NCBI GenBank assembly: GCA_905178155.1 | Contig: CAJINV010000012.1 | Location: 1,926,492 to 1,990,491 of the forward strand | Reading direction: 5' to 3' | Origin: Amoebophrya sp. A120 | Taxonomy: Eukaryota; Protista; Dinoflagellata | Length of the DNA: 64,000 bases | In this document: positions 48,285 through 61,700 of the stretch, piece by piece | Layout of the letters: each line of letters opens with the position of its first letter | Numbering within the stretch: the stretch's first letter is position 1 | Made by a program: the position numbers and the translations under genes | Notes under the pieces: generated by a model | The model's input: only the letters and a program-made list of their open reading frames with translations | Told to the model about the DNA's origin: nothing | The model's database searches: none

Positions 48285-49802
48285 TCATTCATAATCTGGG
48301 TACATTTCTTTCCACAATTTCAAAGCTTCTTCTCGATACAACCAAGGATAGGTCGTTTTTGCGTTTTCCGAGACATACTTCGTATTGTCCCCGCCAAACC
48401 GCACTATTTCTGCCGTCTGCTCCCCCGCCGGACTTGTCGTGAGTAGGATTTTGAAAATCCCGCACGGAGCAAATTTCCCCACGTCTTTGGCCAAATCCTT
48501 CTTTCTCGCCAGATGGCCAACCAGCCCGACGGAAGCGGCGTGAGAAAAGAGAATGAGGGCTTTAGGCGGATGATCTACTTCTGCTGGTGAGTTGTTTTTT
48601 GCAGTAGTTGTAGTTGTGGTCGTGGTGGCCTCCCCGCTCTGTTTTTCTGCAAAAGGAGGTGGAACACCACCAGATCCGGTACTGTAGTAGTTCTTGGGGT
48701 TGCATTTTTCTCTCAGGAGATTTGCGACTTTTTCCATCCGCTTGAAGTAATCCACCGGGTAGTCTTCGCAGTTGGGAAATTGGAGGTCTACATCTTCAAA
48801 GGTTGCTTCTTGTTGGTCCCTTTCAATTCCGGACGAAGTAGAGAAGCAGATTTTACTTGTTCTCGTTTTTTGAGTTTGCTCTGCTACACGGGCCGGCTGC
48901 ACGACCTTAATATCCCCTTGTCGTCCTTTCGTCGAGCAGAAGCGAACTTCACCTGTTTTCTTGTCTGTTCCCATTTTCATGTGCCGGTGCGTGGATTTCA
49001 GTGCGAAATCTTCCGTACTGTTCTTCAACATGGGCTCATACAGCACGTCCACGTACGGGAAGGTCGCGAATCGGTGGCCCGGGACGTGGGTCGGGATGCC
49101 GACGACGTGCGTGGTTTCCGCCAATCCAGGTTCGATTTTCAGTTGCAGGCCGGCAGGCAGGCCCTCCTTATTTCCTTCCAAGCCTACCATGCCGGGCAAC
49201 TGCAAATTCAGATAGTGGACCAGAGGCGTGGCAGTCTCGATCACTCGCAGGTAGGGAGACGCGAGGATCTGAATTGCATTCTTGTTCCATGGGATGAACT
49301 TGTTATCCGGAAGATCTGGACTTTTGCATTCTTTTACGTCGACGTTTGGTCTACTCTTCTCCTCTGCATGAAAATCTTCCCGCAGCCAGTTCACCAAATC
49401 ACCTGCAAGCTCCTTGGCCGTTTCCCGCGCTTGCTGGTGCCCCAACGCGGAAAGAGGGGGGTCGATCACCGGGGAATATCAAACTCAAAAGGTCTTCGAA
49501 GATCATATCGCACTCGTACTAATTGCAATACTTACCGCATGGCAAGTCTTCTTTTTTGAGCAATACAAATGCCTTTTTTTCCGTCTGAAAGTTGTGATGC
49601 GACGTCTACTTCTGTACGACCAGCTCTAGCTCTAGCAGGAGCACGGAAGGAACGAAGACACTTTTGCAGTTATGCATAGGAAATTTTGGGCGACGATCTG
49701 TTCCTTCCATTCCGGATACGCGTAGTCATGACGATCGCCGTGCCGAATTAAGTAGATGATGGTGGTACTAGGTTTGGCAGCTGATTCCGCTGCTGGCACC
49801 AT
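48285..49802 (-). CDS. Histidine phosphatase (phosphoglycerate mutase-like) family protein
   Basis: IYLIRHGDR in exon 1, joined QNFP|VIDPPLSALG, then ASPYLRVIETA, EPGLAE and LFSHA. Confidence 0.9.
49477..49678. mobile_element. Decayed introner
   Basis: TAT...ATA, TSD GGGAA/GGAAA, imperfect TIR; frame restored. Confidence 0.8.
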
Positions 49803-50299
49803 GTCGTTCTGGTTTCGAGGGTGCGGAAACCCTTCCTTCCATGAATAGAAAGCAATAGAAACACCTTAGTAGCTATGGGCGGCGAGGATGGCTATGTGAA
49901 TTATCGCAGTCGGAATGGAGATACATTCTCCAAAAGTTGTGAATCGAATCTATACCGCCAAGCAAAGCAAATGATGTGCCATCACGAATGAGCTATGGAA
50001 CTGTAGGTGTATATATCGAAAAACAAATCTGGTTGAAATTATGTGCTGTCCATGGCGGTCATGATCTTGCACGTAAAATAGAGACTTTATTTATTTGCAA
50101 GATCATGATCTTCGTATTTTTCTGCAGCCTCAGGACAAGGACAGGAAGAAAAAAACAAATGAGCGGAAGATTTTTTTCTTTCTGCTGATCTCGATTTATA
50201 TACTTGCTTTCCGGCAGCAATGCAACTGCTCCCGTCTCGCTTCCGAACACTGCCGGTACAGAAATCGAAACCAACTGCCTCTTCCTCGTGATTGGTGCA

Positions 50300-51720
50300 A
50301 CAGCTTAACCAGTCGCCCACACCGAGCCGAAAGGGTGGCGCCCACCCTCAATGACGTTTGGCGCGAGGGGCGGGAAGCAAATAACCTGGCGGGGCCCGGT
50401 GCTGTAACAACAAACACAAAACCACACCCCCGCCGCGCCCTCAGGTGGGGAATACCCAAAGAGGGCTACGCGCTATGTAGAGCAGGCACGCGCCCGCCCA
50501 ACAACGAACGACCGGGCAATCCAAGGCAAGCAGGCCGCGCCAGGGAGTGCAAACATGCGCAAGACCACTGCAGAGGCGCCTAAAGTAAATAAGTAAGAAT
50601 CAGCGCAGGCGGCCACCAAGTCGGGGAAACACGCAAGACGCGAAGGGGCGGGCCTCCATCTTCGCCCGCGGCGCCCCCAATGCGGGCCGGCGCCAACGAA
50701 CACCAAGGAAGGCAGGCGGGGCACCGCCCGGCGCGGCCCCCGTGCGCCTGCGGGGGCGCAGCCGCCGGGCAGTAGGGGCGCCCGCCAAAACAACGGGCGG
50801 ACGCGCAACTGCCGGCGCGCCGCGCAAAGAATGAAACCAGCGCACGCTGGGGGGGCAGGGCGGGCCCGGCCCAACATAGTCGACAAGGGGCGGCCGGGCG
50901 GCTGCGTTTCGGTTACCGTTACATACCTACCTGGGCCGGCCGCAAAGCGACCGGGTCGCCTTTCGCTGGTCGATCAGCTCCACACGCCTCCGAACTCGAC
51001 CAACGCCGCCGGCCGAGGCAGAGCGCGCGGCCTTCCGGGCGCCTCTCTTGCTGCTGCAGCCCTCCCGCCCCCCCCCCTTAGTTCTATCTTTGCCCGGGTC
51101 GCGCTCTGTTGCGCGCGCGCACGGGCGGCATAGGCGGCGCGGACGGCCGGGCTCTGTGTTCGCTGGCCCCGTCGCCCCGGTGGGCGGGCCCCCCCGCGCT
51201 TCCCTGGCGGTAGGGGTTGCAACGGTTGCCCGCGTGTCAGAATGAGCACCCGCCGCCCCCGCACACGTGCGCCATTGTTTCCAAGTGACACCCTTCGACC
51301 ATTGCCCGGAAGCCCGGCGCGTCCATTGCCGTCGCGCGCCGGCCTATACTTACACCAGGCAGGGGGCGCAACAACTGGGGCCCGGGCCAGCCTCCTTGGA
51401 AAGAGCGGGCGCCCCGTCCTCTTGGCAGCAAGTGCAAGGGAACCACCACAAAGGGCGGCGCCACATGTCTCCCGAAACTCCCCCCGCGCAACAGGCACAA
51501 CAACCGCCAGCAACTGGCCCGCCTTGCCAGCTGCGGGGCTGGGAGCCTCCAAAAATGACGGCGGGAGGCGCTTCGGCCCGTCATGCGCTTCCCGCGCGTT
51601 CTGTTTAGTGTGGTCGTAGATTTTCTGCGCGCAATGAAGCTGCAACGGTCGGCCTCCACGAATCTCGAAGGGAAGCAACAAGACGCAGACGCCCTCTCTG
51701 TCTTCTTCTCCCTCTAGGTT
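50300..51720. mobile_element. Decayed GC-rich insertion, probably a retroelement remnant
   Basis: Sharp GC-rich block between genes with only broken, low-complexity ORFs. Confidence 0.4.
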
Positions 51721-52283
51721 AGTACCACACTGCCAGGAAAACCCGAACACGCTCCACCATCAATTTCAGCAACCATCTGCATCAAAGACCGAAATGCATT
51801 GGTAGATGAAAAATGAGAATGTTCCAAGTCTGTTGATGAACCTCAAGTTTTACCTTCCGGAGTGAGTGAGACTGTGCCTTTGAAACTCATCAGAATGTCA
51901 CCAGTGCAGATTTACAACACCTTCTGCTGTTCGTTTTGGAACCACTTCGAGTAAAGATGCGTACAGTCATTGACGTTGCAGTGCTGATGGATGGTATCAG
52001 TTTACTTCTTTCGAGCATGGCGTAAGCTTTTTGATTTTGGGTGAACATAGCCACTCAAGAATAGTTTATGACATCAATGGTCCTTGTTTAGAAGTCCTCT
52101 ACTTGCTAGTACTTCTGCTTACCAAAATCAAATTACAGTGCGGGATTCGCAAAATAGCATAGAAATGTCTCTGAAGCAAATGGAGGCAAAAGCCTTGACT
52201 TCGGCTCTGAGAAATAAGTAAGTGCAAACACATTCTACATCAGCGCCAGCTGCATCGCCAGAATCCTCCATTCTTTTTTCTCG

Positions 52284-54946
52284 TCAATCCGTATCCAGCA
52301 TCTGCACCCCAACAATCACCGAATACCCGAGACACAAGGAAAAGAACCGTAACAAAGGCTGCGTGGTCAGAACGAACTCTTCCGGGATCACTTCCGTATG
52401 GAAGCGTCAGGTTTGAAATCGACAAAGTTGAAATGATTTGTCATGCATAAAATGGATACCAGTCGGAAGACCAATTTCTAAGCGGCGCATGACAAATTTG
52501 CAGAGCACCGGAATCCAATTTGTCATGCTGTTTGGGCACAGAAGACTGCTTTTGTCATGCTCCTTTAGCAGCTCTATCCCCAACCCTAAATAGGCTCACA
52601 ATCTGCCTCACTTGCCATCCCGGCACGACAGGCGCTTGATGCATTGCATTTCATGCATGGCAAATCATTTCAACTTTGTCGATTTCAAACCTGACGCTTC
52701 CATATTCCGACATGCTGATGTACAACAACGTCCCCGCGGCGATCGCATTCGTGCTATGCATTGCAAATGTAATATCGCGCTATGGTAGAAACAGCATGAC
52801 AAATTCTTATTTTTGCAAAAGGGAGCGCCAAGTACAAGTTTGTCTGACAGTAGATTCACGTCAGAAAGCGGAAGAGAACTGAGTCATACATTACAAGAAG
52901 AAGAACCCGTACCACGAATACAAGCGCGATTATACTTACTTTTCCTCACCAGCATAGGTGCAGCCCTGTAACGAATCCAATGCGATTTCACTGATCAGGA
53001 TCCCGATCAAAATGCCCACTGGACTGGAAATCGCGAAAATGGACACAAACTTGTAGATCTTCGACTCCGGCTGTACGTTCGCGGTGGCGAACGCCGTGCC
53101 GATCGCGAACGCCGCGGCCCACTTGTGCGCCACCACGCAGAGGGAGACCATTGCCGCGGTTCGGAAGTTTCGCGCTATGCCGATTACAATCCCCTCAAAG
53201 ACGGAGTGGACGGACAGGGCCAGCATCATGATGTACGCGCCCTTGCCGCCTTTTTTCATCGATTTTCCATAGTCGTGCTGATGATGATCTTCACTGTCGT
53301 GGTGGTCCGAGGAGTGGCTGTGGCGGTTGTGGTGGTGCGATGAAGGAGGTAGTGGAGTAGCAGAGGAACCGTAAGCAATAGCAGTACCGTGGCCGTGCCC
53401 ATGGGACGGCTGTGAGGTAGAAGATGATGGTCCTCCTGCACAGTCCTCGTGGTCGCAACTAGATTTCCCTGAAGAGCTGCCACTCGCCCCAGAGGACGTC
53501 GAGGAGCCGGCACAGGCCGGTGAGGTTTTGCTATTTGTATTTGTTGTTCCTGCTACTTTCGCTGGTCCGGTGACATCGCGGCAATCTACTTCCGAGACCG
53601 AAATCCGTCTTGGATCGTTCTTGTTTTCCAACAACTCCGGACAGTTCTCATCCCCCGTGCACTTCGTGGCGTTTATGTCCGGGCAGTCTTGGTCCGTACA
53701 TAATTGTAGCTCGTCTCCTGGAGCCTCTACTTTCACCGCGTTTTGGTCCTCGGTCAAGAGTGGGAGTGACGGTGTTTTGGAGCAGCTGTTGTTCTTCAAT
53801 ACTGATACTGTACTATCGACAGTGCAGTTTTTGTCGGTGCAGGAAGTTGTAGACACTACTCCGGTAGTTGACGCTGTTGGTTGCATCGCCAAACCTCCTT
53901 CGTTTGCCCCTCCTCCTGCAGGACAGTTGTATTCCGGATCTTCGTTTGAAACTGCGGCACACGGGTATCCGTTGTTTTGTTCCATGTTTGTTAATGAAAA
54001 GTCACCATGTCCGTGTCCGTGGTATCGTGCTGCATTATCGTCCTCCCCATACTCGCAATCGCACAGCACACTCTTCGATGTGATTCTTTGTTTCAGCTTC
54101 TGGTGCTCACTCTCTTGCGTCTTTCCAAGAGACCCGATGACGCGCTCGCAGAACAGGATCAGCATGTAACCTAGCAACGGGAGTGAACTTTTCAGGGGTC
54201 AACATGTACTACTCCGACGCGCATCAGGTTTTCTTCAAAGATGCAATCCAATACCAACATGCATATGCAAAAATGGCTAGACGAATGACAAATTCAGAGC
54301 GTAGCTCAAAAAAAAACAAACCTCCTACTTATACCAGCAAACCCGCCCACACCGACGATGTTCAGTTTCGGGTTCTTCAACTCCGGAGCCAGCTCCATCG
54401 CTTCTGGCAGCAAGTGGTTAAAGGCCATCCCCAGAAACATGCCGGCGGCGCACACGTTGCATAAGTCAATTATGGACTGCTTACAAACCTTCGTGGCGTA
54501 GCGAACGCGGAAAATCGCCGAGCCCATGGAGAGAACGAAGTATCCTGTGCAAAAGTATCGTACTCGTAGTAATCGCAGTCATGCATTACAAATCTCGATC
54601 CCAAGGCAAAACAGCATGACGAACTCCATTTCTCATGCTGCGTGAATTTGTCATGCGATTTCTACTAGTACGATACTTTTGCAATGCATACGAAGATCAC
54701 GATCGCGACGATGAGCTGGAAAATCCGAAGACCGGTGTTGTTCGGGGCGGTGACGGTGGTGGTGGTTGAAATTGTTTGCGACATGAAATCCACACCATGA
54801 TCTTCGCTTGCTGTTGTACTCGTACCGGTAGGACCTTGATCAACCTGCTGCTGCATCTCCTGTAGCGCCGTGATGTCCTTTTCCGTGCCAGCAAACCACG
54901 ACAGGAAGGGACCACTCGGATTACGATCAACGGAAGCAGTAGACAT
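52284..54946 (-). CDS. ZIP-family zinc/iron permease
   Basis: AAGMFLGMAFNHLLPEA, His-rich loop, ALSVHSVFEG, VAHKW, and CT|NAIAAGTLLYISMSE|VIPEEF rebuilt across introners. Stop at 52284. Confidence 0.92.
52397..52704. mobile_element. Introner, family C
   Basis: TAT...ATA, TSD TTCCG; frame restored. Confidence 0.92.
52755..52956. mobile_element. Decayed introner
   Basis: TAT...ATA, TSD CGTGC/GGTGC, eroded TIR; frame restored. Confidence 0.8.
54541..54690. mobile_element. Introner, family B
   Basis: TAT...ATA, TSD CGAAG; frame restored. Confidence 0.9.
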
Positions 54947-55539
54947 CTTGGCTTTCTTAAGGTGTCGTGGTCTTCGGACAACCTACTTCTCGGCGAAGTG
55001 TTCGTGATCGTGGGGGGTAGCGCGTCGACGACGTCGTGCACGACCCTGTTGAAAAATGCAAAATTGTCTGACTAATAAATGCTGAAAATTCATCGTCCGA
55101 TAAAGATTTTCTTTCAGGTTTCAGGCCCACAAGGATCATGTGGAGAGACGGTTCAGCGCCCGATCATGCGCAATCGGTGTAAGTAATATCGACGATGAAA
55201 CGTAGCCGGGACTACAGAGGAACAACGAAGAACACGTCGATGAGCCAAAACTGGTTACACAGCAGGTACAGGAACACTTGTCCTCAAGCTGGGATTTCAT
55301 AAGACGAGTGCAGTTGTGCTACATTCTTGCTGAACTAGTAGAGCAGCTCTACTTCCGTCTATGAACTGTCCAAACGAGAATGAGGAACCAAATGCACATC
55401 AAATACGTACTTTTCAAATCGTACAGCAGAAGCCGAACTCTGTCTGAAAAATATCAAACTTTCAATACAGTGTCTCGACGAACTAATTTCCCGCAATGAA
55501 AGAGATTTTCGCGACAAGGCAAAAATCATCTGGCGTTTT

Positions 55540-55705
55540 CGTTTTGAAACTAAAAAGTTGTCTACCTTCTTCATTTTCGATCTGATAGTTACTTTGTTGC
55601 GTTTTGAAACTAAAAAGTTGTCTTTCGATTGAGAGCAAAACTCACTCACCTTGTTGATCGTGAGAAAGTACTTTCGAAAATGTTGCGTTTTGAAACTAAA
55701 AAGTT
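55540..55705. repeat. Three copies of CGTTTTGAAACTAAAAAGTT
   Basis: Copies at 55540, 55600 and 55686, intergenic. Confidence 0.85.
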
Positions 55706-55784
55706 TTCTTGATCATCATTTTGACAAATAGTAAATACTGAAGACATCCCTGGATGGTGATGTCAAAGCGGAAATGTTAATTTT

Positions 55785-58700
55785 TCACTCCCTCGACGCC
55801 TTGCGGTCGCCTTGGTAGTCCACGCCCGTTTCCCCGGTACCGCCTACGGACAAACTCCCGCGGCGACTTTTGGACTGCGACCGGTCGCGATGTTCGGGTC
55901 CGCCACCTTTGGAAGAGGTTATAGCCTCCCCGTATTTGTCCTGCTGATGTTGCTCCACATTGTATTTGTTGTGGTAGTCTGCACTAGGGAGGTACTGCTG
56001 CTGCTGCGGGTGGTGCTGCGAGTGGCCTACTGGTGGTGGAATGAACCCACCTCCTCCTGTACTAGGACCTCCACCACCACCTGACGAGGCATACGACACG
56101 TCTGTCATTCTTGCCTCCGGCCGGAAGTATCGGTGCTGTGCCGTGGAGCCACTGGAATTCCTTGGCGGCAAGTACTGCTGCTGATAGCTAATATTCTCTC
56201 GATGCGCGGCTACAAGGTCCGGCGGTAGCTGTGCTTTGATGATTTTGTGCAAATCAGCAGCCATGGAGGGCGAGCGGGGGTCGATAGAAGCGGGGTAAGC
56301 GGATGCGGAGGAAGTACCTGACGGCATGGTATTGTGCAGGTTCACAATCCTCCCAGGAGCCGCTTCTGGATGGTTCGCTGCAACTACTCCACTAGTTGTG
56401 GTTTGGTGCAGCTGCTTCAGGGACATCCGGTTGTTACCCGCACTGCTGCTCGAGGAAGAAGTCATGTTCATGGTTTGCTCGAGATGTTGACTCGTCACAC
56501 CACTCCCGGTTGTGGCATTGGCAGAGACATTGGTGTATCCACCTGCTGCGCTCGTGATCATAGTGCTTGTTGGTCCACCTCGCACTACACTGGGCGACAT
56601 CAGGGCGGATCCGCCCACCAAGGGTGGCGGGTTTCTATTCCTCAACGGACTCATCGTCCCAAAAGTAGTAGAACTGTCGCTGGTAGAGTTGATGCCACCG
56701 GAAGCTCCTGCTGCTGCACCGATAGATCCTCGCTCCACCAAGGAATTCTGCTCGCTGCTTCGCGCCACGATGCTATTCCCCGCTTTGCTGTGAATCATCG
56801 CGATTTCGTTCCGCGTGAAATCCTATGCGACGCAAAAGAACCAGCGCACTTGTAGGAATCGCAGTCGTGCATGACAGATCTCGCTTATTACCACTCTCTT
56901 TCAGCATTACAAATTTCCATTTTTCTTCTGAAACAAACATTTGTGATGCAGTTACTACTTTGTACGATACTTTTGCGATGCATAAATGCAAAGCAGATTT
57001 CCGTATTTCCTCCGGGGCCATGTCTTTCCCTTTTCGTTTCAGCGCCTCCTTCAAATCCTGCTTATCCTGTGCAAAAGTATCGCACTCGTATAAATGCAAG
57101 TCTTGCATTACAAATTCTTTTCTTAAGGTAAATCCGCATTACAAATTTTATTTCTCACGCTGAGGGAATTTGTAATGCATTTATACGAGTACGATACTAT
57201 TGCATTTCATATTGCTCTTTCTTGGCCGACAAAGCCTTCTCCAGTTGCTCAATGAGCAGCGACCTTCCGTGCTTCAAGTTGCCAATTTGCGCACTCTGGT
57301 CCCGGATCACTTCCATGGCGTCGTCCATGGATTTCACGTCAACAGACTTGCTGCGGTCCAGGTCGTCGCTGTTTGTTGTTTTTATTTGTCACGCATACCC
57401 GACTGCACCTCATCAAAAACCTTTGCACCGTCGCCGCAAGCAGCTTCGGACGCAGGAGATCTAGGGTCAGAACCGCGAAAATTGGAAACTCAAGCTTTTG
57501 ATGATTCTCTTGCGGGTCCTTGCAACACAAATTCAAAAACAAGCCTGGTGACTACAGGCGCGACCGCATCAACAATTAATATTAAATTCCTACCTCGGCG
57601 TATTCAACCCATCTCCCCGTACTATTCCCGCCGCGAAATTTCCCCGCAAAGTTTCGTTTTCCATCCTCAACTTCCCTAGATCTTCCAACACCTTGCTCTT
57701 CTCCTCCAGTAGATCCTTTACCTTCCTTTCGAAATTCATGTTCTCTTCTGCCAGCCCCTTTGCGTGCTCCTTCGACAACCTCAATTCCTCTTCCACCGCT
57801 TCTGTTTTTGCAAAGGCGGAGAGCTGCAGGTTGGAAGCGGTTGTGGTTTCTTTCAGCAACTGCTTGTCTTTCGCGAGTTCCCCCTGCTTCACCCGGTTTA
57901 ATTCAAACTGCAGGTTGGTCTTATCCTGTGCAAAAGTATCGCACGGCAGACAGTCGTATTGCAGTCATGCATTACAAATCTTTTTCTTAAGGTAAAGCAG
58001 CATTGCAAATTTTACTTCTCATGCTGAGGAAATTTGTAATGCATTTATACGAGTAGGAGTACTATACGTTTGCAATTCATAGTTCTTCTGGCGCTCCAAT
58101 TCTTCTTGCTTCTCCCGGTGTGCACTAATGGTCGCTTGCTGTTCCTCGACGAGGGCAAATTTCGTCTGCAACTCCTTTTCCAGCGACTTTATCCTTTCCT
58201 TGTTCATCAACACTTCGTTCGACAAGTACTGCTTCGCCTCATTCATTCGGCTCTCGAAGTCCCGATGGGCTTGGCCGGTTTGCAGTTTTTCGTTCTTCAG
58301 ATCCTCCAACTCGTTGACCAAATCCTGCTTTTCACCGTTCGTTGTCTGCCGCAAGTCTTTCAACTCTTTTTCCAAAACCGCCTTTTGCTGCACATACATC
58401 TCGAATTCGACGCTCAAGCCCTGATACCGCTGCTCCTGCTCCGACTTGTAGTGGTTGAAATGTGCCTCTGCGCTCTCGATGGCTTTGTTTTTTTCTTCTC
58501 TTTCTTTCTCTAAATCCTTCTGCAAAGAAGACGCTTCCATTCTCTGCACACTCTGCACGTGCTCAATGTTGGCGGTTAGCTCTTGTTGCAGCTTCTGTAA
58601 ATTTAGTTTTTCTTGCTGCAGTTCTGCGGTCTTGCTTTTCAATTCTTCCTCCAGCTTTTCATTTATGGTCTCTGTCGTCTCGATTTGGTTCCGCAAATCC

Positions 58701-61700
58701 TTGATCTTGAGTTCAAAATCCCTGATCTCCCGGTCCTGGTTGTTTTTCAGATCTGCGACGTTTTTCAGATTCCGGTCCTGAATCTCTTCCACGACTTCGT
58801 TTTTTTCCGCCCGCAGTTGCAACATCTGCTGTTCTAATTGCGAGATGTTGATTTGCAGTTGCTGCTGCTGTTCCTTCGCTTGCAGTACCGTTTTGCTGTT
58901 CTCAGTTCTCTATGGACTGCAAAAGTATCGCACTCGTATAAATGCATGACAAATTTCCTCAGCATGAGAAATAAAATTTGTAATGCAGATTTGCCTTGGG
59001 AACAAGATTTGTAATGCATGACTTGCATTTATACGAGTACGATACTTTTGCACAGGATATTCTCAATTCCTGCAACTGGTTCTGCAACTGCAATACCTCC
59101 TCTTCCTTCGTGGTTGAAAAATCCGAAGCCTGCACTTTCTGTTGCTGCAACTGGTTGGAGAGGTTGGCGATTTGCTGGTCTTTCAGTTGGGTTTTTTCCT
59201 CGAGAGTATTCTGCTGGTCCTGGAGCTGGTTCTCACGGACAGAAACCGTTTCAGAAAGCAGTTTCTCGATGTTTTCTAACTCCTGAACTCTATTTACGAG
59301 CCTTTCCCTTTCCAACTCCAGTTCTCTCACAGTCGCAGCAGAATCACTTCGCAGTTGCAAAACCTCGGCCTCCAGGTTCGCAATCTCGGTCGACGCGGTG
59401 GTGAGTTGGTTGTTGAGTTTTGTCAACGCGGTTTCTCTTTCCGACAAAACTTCTGAAAGCTTCTTTCCCTTCTCCCTTTCCTCTTTCAGGGTGAGAGACT
59501 GCTTTTCCATTGCCTCCTCGTGGACTCTTTCTTGCTCTTCCACATTGTCGGCCTTGGTCTTTAACTCCAGCTCATGCCCCTCCGCCATCTGTTCTATTCT
59601 GGATTTCAACTGTGCCACGAAGTTCTCATGTTCCAAGCCGATCTGTTCTATCTGCGCTTCCCGAGCGGTGAGACTGTCTTGCAAATTTGTGGCTTGTAGT
59701 TTGAGATTTTCTTTCTCCCTTTCAAGTTCCTCGGCTGTGGATTTTTCGGTCGCTAAGTCCCGTTTCAAAGAATCCAGCTCCGAGAAAATTTGTTTCTTGT
59801 CGGAAGACAACGTCTCCACCGTTCTGCTGTGTTCTTCGCCTAGCTGGAAAATCGCGTCTGCGTGGTCTTCCTTCGCTTTTGCATTCGCTTCTCTCTCCGC
59901 TTTGATTTCACGTTCCACCACCTGATAATCTTTCTGTCCCGTTTCAACCACCGCTTGCAATTCCGAGATTTTTTCAGCGAGAAAATCTTTATCCGCAGTT
60001 CTAGTGGCTAGTTCGGTTTTTGCGTTTTCTATCTCCCTGACCTTCGCCGCAATTTCCTTTTCCAAACGCTCTTTATCCACCGCCATCACCGATTCCGCAG
60101 CTTCGAGGGCTTTCGTCACGTCTGCGAGCTTTATCTCGGAGTTGTTCTTTTCATTTTCCAACACGGCATTTTCCTCTTTCAAGCCTGCAACTTTTCGTTG
60201 CAGATTTGTCAAATCCTCATCCGTAGAGGACTGTAATTTCTGCAATTTCCCCTCCAGCTTCTCTACTTCGGTTCTCTTAACCTCTTCCAACTCACTGATT
60301 TTTCCCTCCCGGCTCGCGATTTCTTTCTTCAAATCCGAAATCTGTTCCGCGGTCGACGTTGCTGCGGATTCTTGATTTGTCAGCGCTAGTTGCAGCTTCT
60401 CTTCCGTTTGTTGCAGCGAAGAACTCAGCTGGTTCCTTTCCACCTCCCTATCTTCGCTTAGGAACTTCAACTGATTCTCTAACTCCTGCTTCAGTTGTAT
60501 TTCCCGGGCCAACTGCGCCTCGCTGTCCTCCAGATTTTCCTTTACCTGCTCGTGTTTTTTTCTCATCAAATCCACCTGCTTCTCTAACTCTTCAATTCGG
60601 TTCCGATCGGACTCGGTTGATAACAACTTTGCTTCTGCGATTTCCCTTTCCTTCACCTCCAACTCGACAATGCGGAGTGCGGTGGTTTCTTCCTGTGAGT
60701 GAACTATTTTCTCTTCTAACTCTGCTAGTTTCGTTGATAGTTCCGCGATTTCAGCTGTTAATTTTTGGTTCTCCTTGTCTTTCTTATCCTTCTCAGCCGT
60801 CAAGTCGGAGAACCTGGCAGCAAAATCGGAAATCGTGTTCGTATCCTCCGCCCTCGCGGTTTCCAATTCTAATTTCGCCTGCACTTCTCTTGCCAACTGC
60901 GCTTCAGAAGCTTCCAGATTCTCCTTCACCAATTCGTGCTTCTCCTTCAGCAGGTCTACCTGCCGCTCCAGCTCCGCGATACGGTCCGTATCGGCCTCGG
61001 TCGAGGTGGCTTTGGCTTCTCCCAGCTCTTTCTCCTTCCCTTCCAGCCTTGCTTGCAGACCAGCAGTCTCTTCTCTTTTTTCCTCGATTTCAGCTTCGAG
61101 CGATTCGACTCTTTTTTTGAACTCTGCAGCTTCGGCTGTTAAATTCCTACTCTCTTCTATTCTTTTCTCCTTCTCAGTATCCAAAGTAGCGATTTTTCTT
61201 TCACATTCCGTGATTTTCGCAGCATCTTTTTCCTTCGCACTTTCGAATTCCGCGATTCGTTGCAAAAGTGTCTCGGACTGCTGTTTTGCGGATTTTTTTT
61301 CTTCTGCGAGCTTTTCCGCTAGAGCCTCTCGCTCTTCCGATTCTCTCGCCAAAGAAGACTGCACGGCAGCCAGCTCGGTTTTCTGGTGGTTATGTTCTGC
61401 TTTTAAATCGGATAACTTCTGCTCCACTTTTATGCAATACAGATTTCCGTCCGTTGTGCAAGTGCAAAACGCATGACAAGTTTTAGTTTTCTTGCCAACT
61501 CAATATTTAGAGCTAGAGCATGCTGCTTGTCATGCTGAATACGCTTCACGGTTGATTTTGTCATGCAGAAACCGCACCACTTGTTCTTATACAACACGTA
61601 CAGGAATTTATTGTGGATAACTTCGTCCTTCTCCTTCTTCACTTCTTCTAACTCCTGCTTATCAACTGCAAAAAAGTCTGGGACTGGATGAATGCAGATG

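Noticed and set aside
55540-55705. CRISPR-like array (GTTTTGAAAC-containing repeats with spacers)
   Set aside because: Only three short copies, unequal spacers, no cas genes and a eukaryotic context.
59398-61476. Long plus-strand S/F-rich ORFs
   Set aside because: Antisense shadows of the minus-strand coiled-coil exon.
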